Assembly (NCBI RefSeq): GCF_963921235.1
Contig: NC_086118.1
Location: 17,982,001-18,046,000 of the forward strand
Length of the DNA stretch: 64,000 nt
From: Mobula hypostoma
Taxonomy: Eukaryota
Reading direction: 5' to 3'
In this document: piece by piece, positions 1 to 12,590 of the stretch
Layout: each line of letters starts with the position of its first letter
Position numbering within the stretch: the first letter of the stretch is position 1
The notes under the pieces: generated by a model
The model's input: only the letters and a program-made list of their open reading frames with translations
Told to the model about the DNA's origin: nothing
Databases searched by the model: none
Program-made: the position numbers and the translations under genes

Positions 1-241
1 TACCTTTGTGAAATTCAATAACGCTAAGGCATCCCTTGCCTTGTTCTTGAGTGGCACAAATGTGACATGTCACTTTGCAGAAACTGGCAGCTGTGTGATT
101 CTGCTTTCATGCAGGCATGGACTGCTTCATTATCTGAGGAATTCCCGATGAACCTCAAGGTTGTAACTACAAGCATTCACGCTGCTGAACTTCGGATGGG
201 AGAAAGATTCCTGATGCAGTAATTGGCAGTCATTAAGCTTA

Positions 242-1476
242 CGAGGGGTGATTGATAAGTTTGTGGCCTAAGGTAGAAGGATTCAATTTTAGAAAACCTA
301 GCACATTTATTTTTCAATATAGTCCCCTCCTACATTTACACACTAAAGGCTGATTTATAGTTGTGCGTACAGATTACGCCGTAGCCTACGCAAGTGGGCT
401 ACACCGTTGTGAGCGCTTATACTTGTGCGTTGGTGTGTCTGCGTCGCGCTGCAGTTCTCCGCAAAAATGCTAGCTGGCAGTGGGGTTTCTATGCCACTGT
501 GTTGTTTCTTCGTGTTGAAACTCAACACAAAGAAACTCAAATTTCAAACAATGGTGACTGAAACTGAAGGAGGGTGAATTTTCTGTATGTACAGTGTAGT
601 GTCACTTAACAGAATCAGGAATTTTGTGCCAAAATCGATTTGTCGAAAAAAATTGGCACGTACACCATGCGCACCCACCTGCCCGTGCAAGGCTTTATGG
701 TCATGGTAGTCTTTCTCAGGGTAAACAAGTTTAAAGCAGGCATCTTTTCACGTAAAAGTGAAATGTGTCCTCCATAATTTCGGAGGTCTGTAAAGCTTTA
801 TGGAAAGCTTTTCAGCCAGAGCTCCTTCCCTGCCCTTCAGTCGCCCAATGGGAAGCTATTGCAGTGTAGAAGGAAATGCGATGCTACCAAGTGGACCAAT
901 CACAGTTGTTGCAGTCTGCGTTGCTGTGACGTGTAGTTACATTTTGGGAGAGGTGCGCGTTAGGCTACGGCGTAGGGTTTGCGTAGAGTACAGCGTAGGT
1001 TTCGCGGCTATGCTGTACCTACGGTGTCGATTTGACGCACAAGTATAAATCAGCCTTTAGTTCAGCGGTTGTGGAGCATACAGATCCCTTCTTTGTAGAA
1101 GTCGGCATCTTGGACCTCCAGGTGGTCCACAGCAGGGGTGATTGATAAGTTCGTGGCCTAAGGTAGAAGGCGATGAGTTATGCAGCTCTTGTTACATGCA
1201 CGTGCAGTTCAACTCTTTGATTGATAATGCAGGAAGTTTGACTTTAATAACTCATCTCCTTCTACCTTAGGCCACAAACTTATCAATCACCCTTGCTGTG
1301 GACCATGTTCTGGAGGTCCAAGACACCAACGTCTACAAAGGAGGGATCCGTATGCTCCATGACCGCTGGACTAAGTGTGTAAATGTAGGAAGGGACTATG
1401 TTGAAAAATAAATGTGCTAGGTTTTCTAAAATTGAATCCTTCTACCTTAGGCCACAAACTTACCAATCACTCTGCG
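242..1476. mobile_element. Non-autonomous mariner-derived fold-back element (interrupted by a MITE at 347-1056)
   Basis: TA flanks (240-241, 1477-1478); TIR CGAGGGGTGATTGATAAGTTTGTGGCCTAAGG; ~230-bp inverted arms; 1295-1411 reads ...GIRMLHDRWTKCVNVGRDYVEK*, a mariner transposase C-terminus. Confidence 0.85.
347..1056. mobile_element. MITE, probably PIF/Harbinger-type, nested in the mariner derivative
   Basis: 22-bp TIR AGGCTGATTTATA(G/C)TTGTGCGT at both ends; flanks TAA/TTA (or TA/TA with 1-bp longer TIRs); host sequence rejoins when it is removed. Confidence 0.8.
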
Positions 1477-3099
1477 TAGGAGATTGTCTCAGCAAACTTT
1501 GGCATTGAGGTCGAACTAGACCTATATCACCTGCAATTTCTTCACTTGTGTGAAATAGAATAGTGGCGAATTTTACCAATTGCTTCTTATAATCTTTAAT
1601 TTTGCTGTTGCTCCTTGATGTTACACGTGATGCTACTTGATGCACTCAGTCTTAGCTCCCATCAAAAAAAAAACCTCTTTTCAATTTGTCTGAGGTGGTG
1701 ATGAGGTTCAAGAGCTCCTGAAGGAATTTAAACTGGATACTGCTGTGCAGTTTATTTGTAAGTGACATCTCGTAGTGCAATCAGGGACCCTTTAATCAGT
1801 TCGGCTCCATATATTCAGACACACCTGCTGCTACTGCTGATGTATTCAAAACTTCTGGTAAGCTTAGTTTCACTTTAATGACGAGCACAAAACTTGTGCA
1901 GACATTTCGATGTAGTTCATATGGAGTTTCCTTCTATTGGAAGAGAGTTTAAATCAAGAAAACTTCCATCTTCTCAGGTTGATATGAAATCCTGCAGGAT
2001 TATCTTGAAAAGGAGCAAGAGAGTTATCTCCAATTCCCTGACTTGCAATTATTCCTCCTCCATCATCACGTAAACTAATGATCATCAAACTATTATATGG
2101 GAGCTTTCTGCGTGCAAATTAGCTTTCATGATTCCTATATTACAAACAGTGATTGCACTTCAGAGTAATTTAATTGGTTGTAAGGGACCAGAATGTCCTT
2201 TGGCCATGAAAAACTAAAATGTACATGCACATCTTGTTTTGCTTAAAAAATCCTGTGTGTGTGAGAGTTCTAGACTTTTTTTCTGTCTACACTGCTTACC
2301 TCGTAGCCTGAGGATATAGTTGCACGGGCGGTTTCTGAGTAGAAAAGATATTCATACCATCAAGAGTAGAGTGAATTGCAATCTATGTCTTAAAGGGAAG
2401 GGAGACTTTCACCCAATTCCCTGAAGTATTTTGTTAAACCCTGGATTTCTCTATTTTGGTTTTTGTAATTTATTAGGTTTCCTATTGCACATTACATTGG
2501 AATGACAACGAGAAATTTGTATAGCATCTTTCACATAATAAAATGTCCCAAGTATCATTTATAAAGCAAAAGAAGCAGATCTTGAATCCAATAATTACAG
2601 CCTGTGTATGATTGCACTAATAAGAGTGCACAGGATTAGTCTGTGTTACCTTATCATTAACATGCTACTTAAAATTCTGTTGTATCTAATTATAACATGA
2701 GCTTCAGACAAGATACTACAACAAATTATGAAGTAGAAGTGATGTACATAGAGAGCCAAGAGTGATGTAGATGAAACAGGTTAGAATGAAACAGAACAGA
2801 ATGAGGTCATTCAATTAATTCCTGTGAACTACTTTCCCTCACGAATCTGCCCTTTTTTTTTCCATTCAAGAACTGATCTAATTCTCCCATTTGTTTCCAT
2901 CACAACTGCAACTAGTTTAGTACAGGTTATATTAACATGCTGTGTAAACATCATTTTTCAATGGGGCTGCTGCTGATCCCCAAACAATTAACTTAACTCT
3001 GTGTTGACCATCCTGCTACAGGAAATGGCTTCTCTTTTCATACCTTATTGACTCATCATCTTAAACATGTTTTCAAATCTATCCTGAATCTCCACTCTT

Positions 3100-3780
3100 C
3101 TTGTGAACATAAATTTCCCAACTCTTGAACTCAATTCCTCAACTTATAAAGGCAAGTATGTAATGTGCCTTCTTTGCCATCCTATCAACCTATCAGCCAC
3201 TTTCAGCAAGCTGTGGACTTGGACTCCAAGAGCTCTCTGCATATCAACACCTTTCAAGAGTCCTGCCATTAACAGTATCCTGTCTCTTTAAAGTTTGTTC
3301 TACCAAGGTTCAACTCCATCGGCATTTCTGCACCTAAAACTGCAACTGACTCACTAGATTCTGATTCCGCACTGCAAGTCTTGTATGCTACCCAGACACA
3401 AGCAATTTTCATGTCATCTAGAAACTTACTAACCCAACCATCTATCTTTTCATCCAGGTTATATCACAAGCAGCAGAAATCCCAATACAGATCCCTGTGT
3501 AACACCACTAGTCACAGACCTCCAGATGAAATAAGTCCTATCACCCACTACCCTCTGACTTCTTTGGGAAACCCAATTCTGAATCCAAAAGTCCAATTCA
3601 TCATGGACCCCATCCTAACATTCTAGATGGCCCTCTCATGAGTGACTCTATCATATACCTTACTAAAATCCTGCAGACAACATTCACAGCTCTACCTCAT
3701 CAATCACCTTCATCACCTGATTGATTGATTTAATCAAATTAATAAGGCATGACATTCCCCACACAAAGCAGTGCCCATTG
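3100..3780 (-). mobile_element. Degenerate CR1-type LINE ORF2 fragment
   Basis: Reverse strand resembles the CR1 RT region (compare 57515-59460); many stops; boundaries approximate. Confidence 0.55.
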
Positions 3781-4782
3781 ATTATTACATTTCTGAAATT
3801 TGTCTGTTCTGCATACTTTGAAGTTAGGCATCAAGATTGGCCATTAATGTATAACAATAGAATGCGAAGATCCTAACAACATTTAACAGCAAGCTTCCTG
3901 TCTGTTGAAAAGCAAACCTTCACGTCAACTCTTGTTTTCTGTCCCTTAGCAAGTTTGTGTCCCTCTGATACTTTGGCATGGGATCTATGAGTGAATTTTC
4001 CAAATTAGACTCTGGGCTTCTCACAAGGAATCCATTATCTCATCATTTTCAGCCATTCTTTTTACCTTTCATCTAATGTCCTCTTAAGAAATTTGTATGA
4101 ATCTTTTGCTATCTGTTTAATAAACCTTCGATTAGATATCCTTTGATTAGTAATTAATGTTGAAATAGATTTTGCCAGCAGCATTATGCCGATGATTGAA
4201 ATGCTAATTCGGAGGATGCACATTCAATTAATTTTTACTACAGACAGAAGATCTTGTAAAAAAAAGAAAAATAGCAGTAAGGATCATCAACATTCCATAT
4301 AAAAAACTGAGAAAAGTTATCATTGATAATTAAACAGCTCTGTTGAATCTTTTGACAATTATTTCCTTATGTTTATGGCTATCCACTGTGGTTGTTTGAA
4401 AATCTAAATTGTTCAGCATCTGACTCACAAGATTCTGATTCTGCACTTATTTAACACATGATTTCTGCAGTTTCTTGAACACACCAGTGCCCTCGTTCTC
4501 ATTCTCCTTTGAAATGAGTTCAATTTCTGCTGCCAGGACAATGGCTATACTTCTTCAGGAGTTTGAGGAGATTTGGTTTGTCAACTAAAATTCTCCAAAA
4601 CTTCCGCAAATATACCATGGAGAGCATTCCGACTGGCTGCATCACCGCCTGGTATGGGGGGAGCAACTGCACTAGATCAAAATAAGTTGTAGAGACTTGT
4701 AAAATTAGTCAGCTCTTACATGGATACCTGCCTCCATGGAATCCAAGACATCTTGAAGCAGTGGTGCCTTAGTAAAGTAGCA

Positions 4783-5075
4783 GGGGCCGGCTGGTGGCGC
4801 AATGATATCAGCACTGGACCCCAGAACGGAGGTTCCCGGGTTCAAATCCAGTCGGGTCCGCTCCCGAGTACGCTTTCCATCCATGCCAGGTTGAGTATCG
4901 AGATCGCAACTCGACCTCGTAAAATAAAGGGAAAAATACTGCGAAAATGTCTGTGTGGGGAGCAGCGCACCACACAGTCTCTGTCTCTTGCCCCTTGCCT
5001 TGTAAAGGCATGAAAAAGACATCATTGCACACATGCACGGAGGCACGCAGACACACAGATGCACACACACACACA

Positions 5076-5150
<75 letters not shown>

Positions 5151-5176
5151 ACAGATGCACACACACACACACAGAT

Positions 5177-5211
<35 letters not shown>

Positions 5212-5221
5212 TGCACACACG

Positions 5222-5259
<38 letters not shown>

Positions 5260-5323
5260 GATGCACACACACACGCACACAGATGCACACAGACACACAG
5301 ATGCACATGCCAAACAAAAAGGC
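4783..5323 (+). mobile_element. tRNA-derived SINE with an expanded (CA)n tail
   Basis: A box TGGCGCAATGA (4795), B box GGTTCAAATCC (4839); imperfect TSD AAGTAGCA/AAGTGGCA. Confidence 0.75.
5028..5306. repeat. Compound (CA)n microsatellite with CAGA/CAGATG interruptions
   Basis: Direct reading; explains the HT/CV-repeat ORFs. Confidence 0.97.
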
Positions 5324-5697
5324 AAGTGGCATCCATCATTAAGGATCCCCGCCATCCAGGGTAATACCCTCTTCACACTGTTACTGTTGGGAAGGAGGTA
5401 CAGAAGCCTGAAGGCACACACTCAGTGATTCAGGAACAGCTTCCTCCCCTCTGCCATCTGATTTCTAACTGGACACTGAACTCATGAACACTACACTACC
5501 TCACTACTTTTTTATATGATTTTTTTCAGTACTTATTTTAACTAAACTTTTTAATGGACATACATATACTTAATATAACTCAGGTTTTTTCTGTATTTAT
5601 TTATCATGTACAGTATTTCATTGTACTGCTGCCGGAAAGTTAACAAATTTCCCGACATATGCCGATGATATTAAACCTGATTCTGATTCTGATTCTG

Positions 5698-5910
5698 CCT
5701 GTAAGGAGTTTGTATGTTTTCCTGCGTGGGGTTTCCTCTGGGTGCTCTGGGTTCTCTCCCACAGTCCAAGGCGTGCCAGTTGGTAGATTAATTGGTCATT
5801 GTAAATTGCCCTGTGATTCGGTTAGGATTAAATCGGGGGTTTACTGGGCTGCGTGGCTTGAAGGGCTGGAAGGGCCTATTCCACACTCTATATCAATAAA
5901 TCCAATTTAA
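5698..5910 (+). mobile_element. V-SINE fragment
   Basis: V-domain-like CTGCGTGGGGTTTCCTCTGGGTGCTCTGG...CCCACAGTCCAA...TTAATTGG. Confidence 0.65.
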
Positions 5911-6574
5911 AAAAAACTTTATTCTCTGACTAGTTTAATACTGTCCAATTAATTGAAGTTCATTCCACTACTATCAACAGTCAGTCCCTTCACTATTTGT
6001 AGAGCGTGGCTGCAATATATACTACCAACAAAATGCATTGCAGCAAGTTGCGAGGGCTTCTTTAAGAACAGTCTGTAAAGCCATGATCTCTGCCAGACAA
6101 ATAGCAGCAAAATGTGCATGGAAGTGCCACCTCCTGCCATTAGTTCCCTAAGCTTTCCACCATTGTGGCTTGGGAATATGTCATTTCTCCATCTTCCTCA
6201 TTGGAACTGCCTGTATACAAGATGACTATATTGGTTCATGAAGCTGACCTCCATGGACAGATGTTAAATATTGGACTGTTAGCTGTGCCTTATTTCATGT
6301 ATGATTAAAACAAAAGTCAGAGATTGTTGGATTAGACTGGATGGATCAGTCTGAAGAATCACAGATGCAGATTCCTATTGACTTCTGTGTTGTAATCTAT
6401 ATAGTTCCAGATTTAGAGTGAAAATTATGGAAAGTATTAGAAATACACATTTGGCAAAATCATTGAACTCGTAGGTATGATTAAGATGATGTATAACAGT
6501 TAATATTTGGCAGTGAGTGTGCTTATTAAAAAGATGTTTTCTTAAAATTGGTGCCTCAGAAAACGATTTTGGTT

Positions 6575-6588
6575 GTTTCCATGGTAAC
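6575..6588. promoter_or_regulatory. RFX X-box motif GTTTCCATGGTAAC
   Basis: Near-perfect palindromic RFX consensus in non-repetitive intronic DNA of a motile-cilia gene; function untested. Confidence 0.5.
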
Positions 6589-9029
6589 ATCTCTGTAATG
6601 CTAGGAAAGGGGAGCTGAGGGTAAAAGAAAGCTATTGAAATGCGAAAGTGAAAGGTGAAAGAGATAAGAAGGAATTAAAAGAAATTAGTGGTAATTTGGG
6701 AGAACAAAAATGTTTGACATGTCTAATCATTCAAGTTTATGTCTTGATTATATTTTCACTTCCTTTGCAGCTGAATCTTTCATGTAAAGAATGTTACACA
6801 AGTTATTTTTAAAGGGACAACACAAAGCAGTGTTGGTTAAGTCCACCTGAAAGAGAATGAGACAACATAAATCATTGTTGTGTGGCACTGGGATGCACAT
6901 TCGCTTTGCAAAAAAAAACAATGCTTCTATGTGCCTTGTAATTAAAAAAAAACATTTACATCTCACATTTCTTATTTCATGTATGTAGCAATGAACTAAG
7001 GGAATCAAAATGTGATTGTTCCTATCATTTCTAATTTTCATTTCAGTAGCCCTGTAAACCTTTGTAGATCTGTAGTAAGTTCCCATGCTGAGAGCATAAG
7101 AACATGATATTGTGATATAGATAGAAGCCACTATCAGATGAGTTATATCACTCAATTATTCATCATCTTGTATGACCTTCAACTTTGCCATACTTTGATT
7201 TATGGGAAAATGCCTGTCAGATTATTGACATTGCCCTAGTAATTCAATCACACTTTGCATGTTTTTTTTAAAGTGCTGTGAGAATTAATTGCGGCATAAA
7301 ATCGATCATTAAATGTAATCTCTATTTTACAATGTGCATGGTATACATTGAAACCATTTGCTCCATGGTTCTATGCACATAGTGTCCATACACCAAAAAC
7401 CCTGTGGCACACAGAGGTCATGTCATTGATGTTTAATGCCACTCCTCTCAAATTGGTCCACACATAGGCAGCAAGGAGACAGCGTGGAACATGTACAGTA
7501 AAGTGGGCATTTACAGTACAAAGCACCCACACACATGCTACGCCATGACATATGTCTTAGTCAAGATGTTTGTTTAAGGTCTTGATAGTATAGGTAATTA
7601 TAATGAAGAACAGATTTGTGGATTATTGAGGGAATGCTGTTTGAGCCTTTTGGAGGTTGTGAATATGCTGTTCTCGTTAAGAGTCTTCATTGGACAAGCT
7701 AGCTGGCTGTCTTGTTATTCCAGGCAGGTCATGAAACTTGCTAGTAATTTGCACCATCACTTTGAGAAGTCGCGACTTTCCATTAGCTAGCACAATTTGC
7801 TTACTGTGCCACAAATGACTCTTGGATTTATATGCGGAATGCCAGAGAGATCACTTGCCCTGCTGCTAATGAGCATAGATATGTGCATGAGGTAGACAGT
7901 GTTAAACCTTTTCTAATGGCAACTGGACAAACTGGCATGGGTGCCCATGCACCACTGTGTTAGCATATGTTTTCTTACATAAGCGGATGACCACATATGC
8001 CTATGCTTTGAAAGAAAGCTTGTATTAGTCAGATGAACTTCCCGAACTACCACAGTGCACATTTCCATGCTTATATTTTGATGGTCCTAATGCAGGCAAC
8101 TGGCAAATGCTGGTAGATACATGGCCAGCAATAAAGGCTGTTTCTGTGCTCTGCATTTCTCTAATTCGAAAGAATGAGTACATTGGTGAAAGTCTGGAAA
8201 CAAATTAAATATGAAGTGAGGACATATACTATTGAAATCAAGTACATTACATGTTAATTTGTGTTTGTAATAAAGACATGTTTTGGGATAGCTGTTAATG
8301 ACAGTACACCTGAAGTACAGCAAACACAGTGGGTAAATTATTTATGCATTAAACACGTTGAATTATTTGAATGAGGCAGGTTTTATAAAAACCATAAAAG
8401 GGAATTATAGTACAAGATAACTGAATTGTAAGAAAGCCAAGTGAAACAGCGTTGAAGTTAGAATTTTTGTTACTTGTTTTATTATTAGAGCAGAAGTGTG
8501 CAGCCTTTGAAGTCCCTTCTACGTTTGGTTTGGAAACGGGATTTAGTTAACTAGGTTAAACCAAACAGTGGACATGTTTTCTGTTGCTTTGTTACTCCGG
8601 ATCAGAATTAACAAATAAATACTGCTTCCTACCCCAGGTGATGTCAGGATTTAGCTGAAACCTTAAAAACATTGGTCAGTGTAACTAAATGGGGTCAAGC
8701 ATCTGCCAGATCACCAGTGCTTATATTGGACTTAACTTGTGTTTTTTACTGGAGTCTGGAAGTCCAGCTGTGGTGCTGGCTTAAGGCAGTAGCAGCATCT
8801 TCTGCCACGGCTCCCGAGTTCTGGCTGTCCCCACACTGTGTTGGTGGACTCCCTGTGGAGAGAATTGGCCTCTACAGACTTCTACAGCTTCCCAAGCTCC
8901 CAGGCTGGGAAATGTGCCTGCTCAGCCCCTGCCAAAGTAAACAATGCAAATTCAATAGCCCTATTGAAATCAAGGAGAAGAAATAGTTGTTGAGAGAATA
9001 GTAAGTAATGCTGTTTATTTCATTTGATT

Positions 9030-9645
9030 TCAAAATTCAAAGTAAATTCTATTACCAAAGTACATATATGTCACCATCTACAACCCTGAGCTTCATTTTC
9101 CTGTAGGCATACTCAGCAAATCTATAAAATATTAACTATTAACAGGATCAATGAAAGATCAACCAGAGAGCAGAAGGCAGTAAACTGTGAAAATGCAAAT
9201 ATGAATAAATAGCAATAAAAAGCAAGAACATGAGATAACAAGATTAAGAGTCCTTAAAGTAAGATCTTTGGTTGTGGGAACATCTTAATGTGGGACAAGT
9301 GAGTGTAATGTGTGTTATCACCTTTTATTCAAGAGCCTGATGATTGAAGGGTGGTTCTGTTCTTGAACCTGCTAGTGTGAGTCCTGATACTCTTGTATCT
9401 TCTACCTGAAAGCAGCAGTGAGAAAGAACATGGCCTGGGTGGTGGGGATGTCTGATAATGGGATGCTGCATTTCTGTGACAGTGTTTCATGTAGATTTGC
9501 TCAGTGGTTGGGAGGGCTTTACCTGTGATGTACCGTGCTGAATCCACTCACTACCTTTTGTAGGGTTTTGTGTTCAAAAGCATTGGTGTTTCCATATTAG
9601 GCCATGATGCAGCCAGTCAAAACATTCTCCACTACACATCTGTAG
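9030..9645 (-). mobile_element. Rex1/Babar-like LINE 3' fragment
   Basis: Minus ORF 9329-9547 has LL.SGRRY.S.RTHTSRFKN; repeat tail near 9030. Confidence 0.65.
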
Positions 9646-10189
9646 GGGCATAATTCATGTCATCCAAATGCATTCAGTTCTTCCAGTGTTCTTAATATTT
9701 ATAACTTATAAACATATTTTAGGTTGGTATTTTCATTTATTTCTTCCAAGTTTTTGACTGCTTGTGAGTCTCAAACATCCAATTTCAGTAGAAAGTAGAA
9801 GCTGGCTGCCTTTGTGGGACTTGATGATATATTCTGTGTTCAGGTCAGTTAAATTCTGATAAAACAGTTGGGTTTGACAGTGGTCAAGTGGCAGCATGCC
9901 AGCCCATCCCAATTGCTTTATTTAGGTCAAGAAAATTTGTTTAGTAATGCCACGTGTATTCTCTGTCCTTAAAATCGTTAAGAATGACATGTTTAAGATT
10001 GTTCTATTTATGATGATGATTGTGTCGCCTGTGTTAGATTTGCAATAGTCTGGATTTCTGAATTAGATTTTAATTATATAATTGAGCTGTTGTCTATTCA
10101 GAAGCAACTATGTGGGTGACAAGCAAGTGGCCAGCCATTGCCTGGATCTGCTCCTTTACAGAATATACAGGAGCCCATGCCTGTGTGCT

Positions 10190-10830
10190 GCTGCACTATT
10201 TGATTTTTGGATGGAAAACTGAGGTTGTTCATGAATGGAATTGTGTCAATGGTTAGGATTTGGTGAGAAAGAGTTGGGATGTCATGTTGAAGCTCTACAA
10301 GGTTGTGGATAGACTGCACTTGAAGGATTGTGTATAGTTCTGGTTGCCACAGTACAGGAAGAATGTGGTAGTGAAAGGCAGGAAGAGATTCACCATGCAG
10401 TTGCTTGAAATGCAGAGTTACAATAAGGTGATGGTGCATAATCTTGGGTCATTCTTGCTAGAAGGAAGTGGGCTGAGAGGTGAGCTTTTGGAGGTTCAGG
10501 AGATTTTGAAGGGCATAGACATCATAGATATTAAGAATCATTTTCCCAGAATAGAGGTGTCTAGAACACAGTTTTATGGTTAGAGGGGGGAAATTTAATG
10601 AAAATCAGAGGGTTAAGTTTTTCTAAGTACTACATGCTGAATATTTGGAATGAGCTGCTAGAGGTGGCAGTGAAGACATAAGCTATTGCAGTGTTTAAAT
10701 GGCATTTGGACAGGTACTTGATAGGGAAGGCAGACAGAGATATGGGCCTAACATGTGCAAGTAGATTAGTGTAGACAGGCATCATGGTTAGCATGGGTCT
10801 GCTGGGCCGTAAGGGCACATTTCTGGGCTG
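10190..10830 (+). mobile_element. CR1 LINE 3' fragment
   Basis: LEDCV.FW.P.Y.K and LRG.L.EV..ILKGID motifs followed by a CR1-like 3' UTR. Confidence 0.7.
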
Positions 10831-11358
10831 CTCCTTGCTGTAATTTGATGACCTTGAGTCAGTAGATGAATTGGTAAAAGTGAATTGGTAGCAGATTGAA
10901 CATGATATGAAGTCTAGTTTATCATATATTTCAACAGTTTTGATTTTGAAAGAAGCAGATTACAGACTGACTGCTGGAATAGATTAGCAGGAGGAAAATA
11001 AGAGGTATATTGTTTGACAGATTAAGAGCAATGTGGAACAAATGAATTTACTGGTAGAACATAATGGCAGATTTGAAGAAGATGTACAATTAAAGATCTG
11101 GAAATCATTTAGAAACCATTGGATTTATATTGCAGCTAGTGTGAGAGGGGAAAGACATGTTAGGGGTGATGAACTCCAATTGCAAAATCATTATAGTGAG
11201 AAAAGTGTATTTACATTTTCATGAATATTGTTAGGTGCTAAAAACAAATGTCAAAACTTTAGATATTACAAGATGAAAATAGGATGAATGTAAATGGATG
11301 TTTAATGATTGAGGGGCCTGTGTAGTTGTATTTAATTATCTTCATTTCCACCAAATAG

Positions 11359-11619
11359 GTGGATGATCTCAAAGCTAAACTGGCTGCTCAGGAAGTTGAG
11401 TTAAAGCAGAAGAATGAGGATGCTGACAAGCTGATTGAAGTCGTTGGGGTTGAAACAGAGAAAGTAAGCAAAGAAAAAGCCATTGCAGATGAGGAAGAAC
11501 AAAAGGTTGCTGTCATTGCTCAGGAAGTTACCCGGACACAGAAAGACTGTGAAGAGGATTTAGCAAAAGCCGAGCCTGCTCTTTTAGCAGCTCAGGATGC
11601 CCTTAATACTCTGAATAAG
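11359..11619 (+). CDS. DNAH9: Axonemal dynein heavy chain (DNAH9-like) internal exon, stalk coiled coil 1 ([25 protein letters not shown]...ALNTLNK)
   Basis: Acceptor ccaaatag|GTG, donor AAG|gtaaaa; 261 nt, phase 0-0; peptide closely matches recalled vertebrate DNAH9 stalk sequence. Confidence 0.93.
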
Positions 11620-12365
11620 GTAAAAGGTTAAAATAAATCAAAAGAAAGGTGGTTTGAAGTTTTTCAGTGGTTTGAATGTAGAAAGTAGTCTCCAGGGATA
11701 TCTCAGCATCGTGAGCAGGAAAAAAGACAGCAATTCAATGAAAAGAGTCATTAGCTTTGAGGACCAAGTGACTCTGAATGAGCTGTGCAGATACCACAGA
11801 ATGGCTGCTTGAATGTGGAAACATTATTACTCAGCCCTGTCTAAATTTTTCTCTCCTTTAGTTGAAATAAAAAGTCTCTCTCATTACCTAGGTAGAAGGC
11901 CAAGAGAGATTATGTACTTTGTCAATTTTTTCCATCATATGCGATATTATTTTGTGCAAAGACTGTTTCTGTGCACTGCAGCAGGAACTTGGAACTTAAA
12001 AAGAATGCATGGATCTCCAGTTATAAAACAAATTAAGGACATTGTCCAGCACTAAAAAATAAGTTCAATTCTATCAAGTACAGATGGGCATTTTATGATA
12101 TTTGCATTTTAAGTGCTATATAAATATGTCAGTATTGTTGCAGAAAGATTATAATCTTTTTTACTGCATATTCATTATAAAACATTCCTTGTATTATGTT
12201 CCGAATCTACAACGAAATTGTAGTTGTAACACATGCAGATGATATCTTTTGATCTTGATATAATCACCTGCCAGCAGATTAGGGGAATATTATAGTATTT
12301 TTCCAATTAATCTTGCCCATTTTATTTTTGTTGTTTTTCCTTTGAAACAGAATAACATCTTCTTA

Positions 12366-12590
12366 CATCATGGTGGCGTAGTGGCATCAGCGCCGGACTT
12401 CGGAGCGAAGGCTCCCGAGTTCGAATCCAGCCGGCTCCCTTGCACGCTTTCCATCTGTGCTGGGTTGAGTGTCGAGCTAGCAACTTGGCTTCATAAAAAT
12501 AAGAAAGCCAGCTAAAAAAAACACCGTCATGATGGTGTCCTAATGACTCCACTTGAAGTTAAGGGCCTCCTCCTCCACCTCCTTCTTCTT
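12366..12590 (+). mobile_element. tRNA-derived SINE with (CCT/CTT)n tail, flanked by a 48-bp direct repeat
   Basis: A box TGGCGTAGTGG (12374), B box AGTTCGAATCC (12418); flanks 12318-12365 and 12591-12638 match at 46/48 positions. Confidence 0.8.

Larger units (their letters stand above)
4540..5697 (+). mobile_element. Rex1/Babar-like LINE 3' fragment with (ATTCTG)n tail, interrupted by a SINE
   Basis: ESI.TGCITAWYG and FRNSFLPSAI motifs; short tandem-repeat tail at ~5678-5697. Confidence 0.7.

Noticed and set aside
4783..4860. tRNA-like A and B boxes (also at 12370-12440)
   Set aside because: No full cloverleaf or terminator; they continue into SINE bodies with tails and flanking duplications
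4705..5428. Several long ORFs rich in HT or CV repeats
   Set aside because: Translations of the (CA)n microsatellite, not genes
1..11358. Additional dynein exon or nested host gene upstream of the first exon
   Set aside because: No dynein-like peptide or convincing spliced ORF found by eye; short or non-coding exons cannot be excluded
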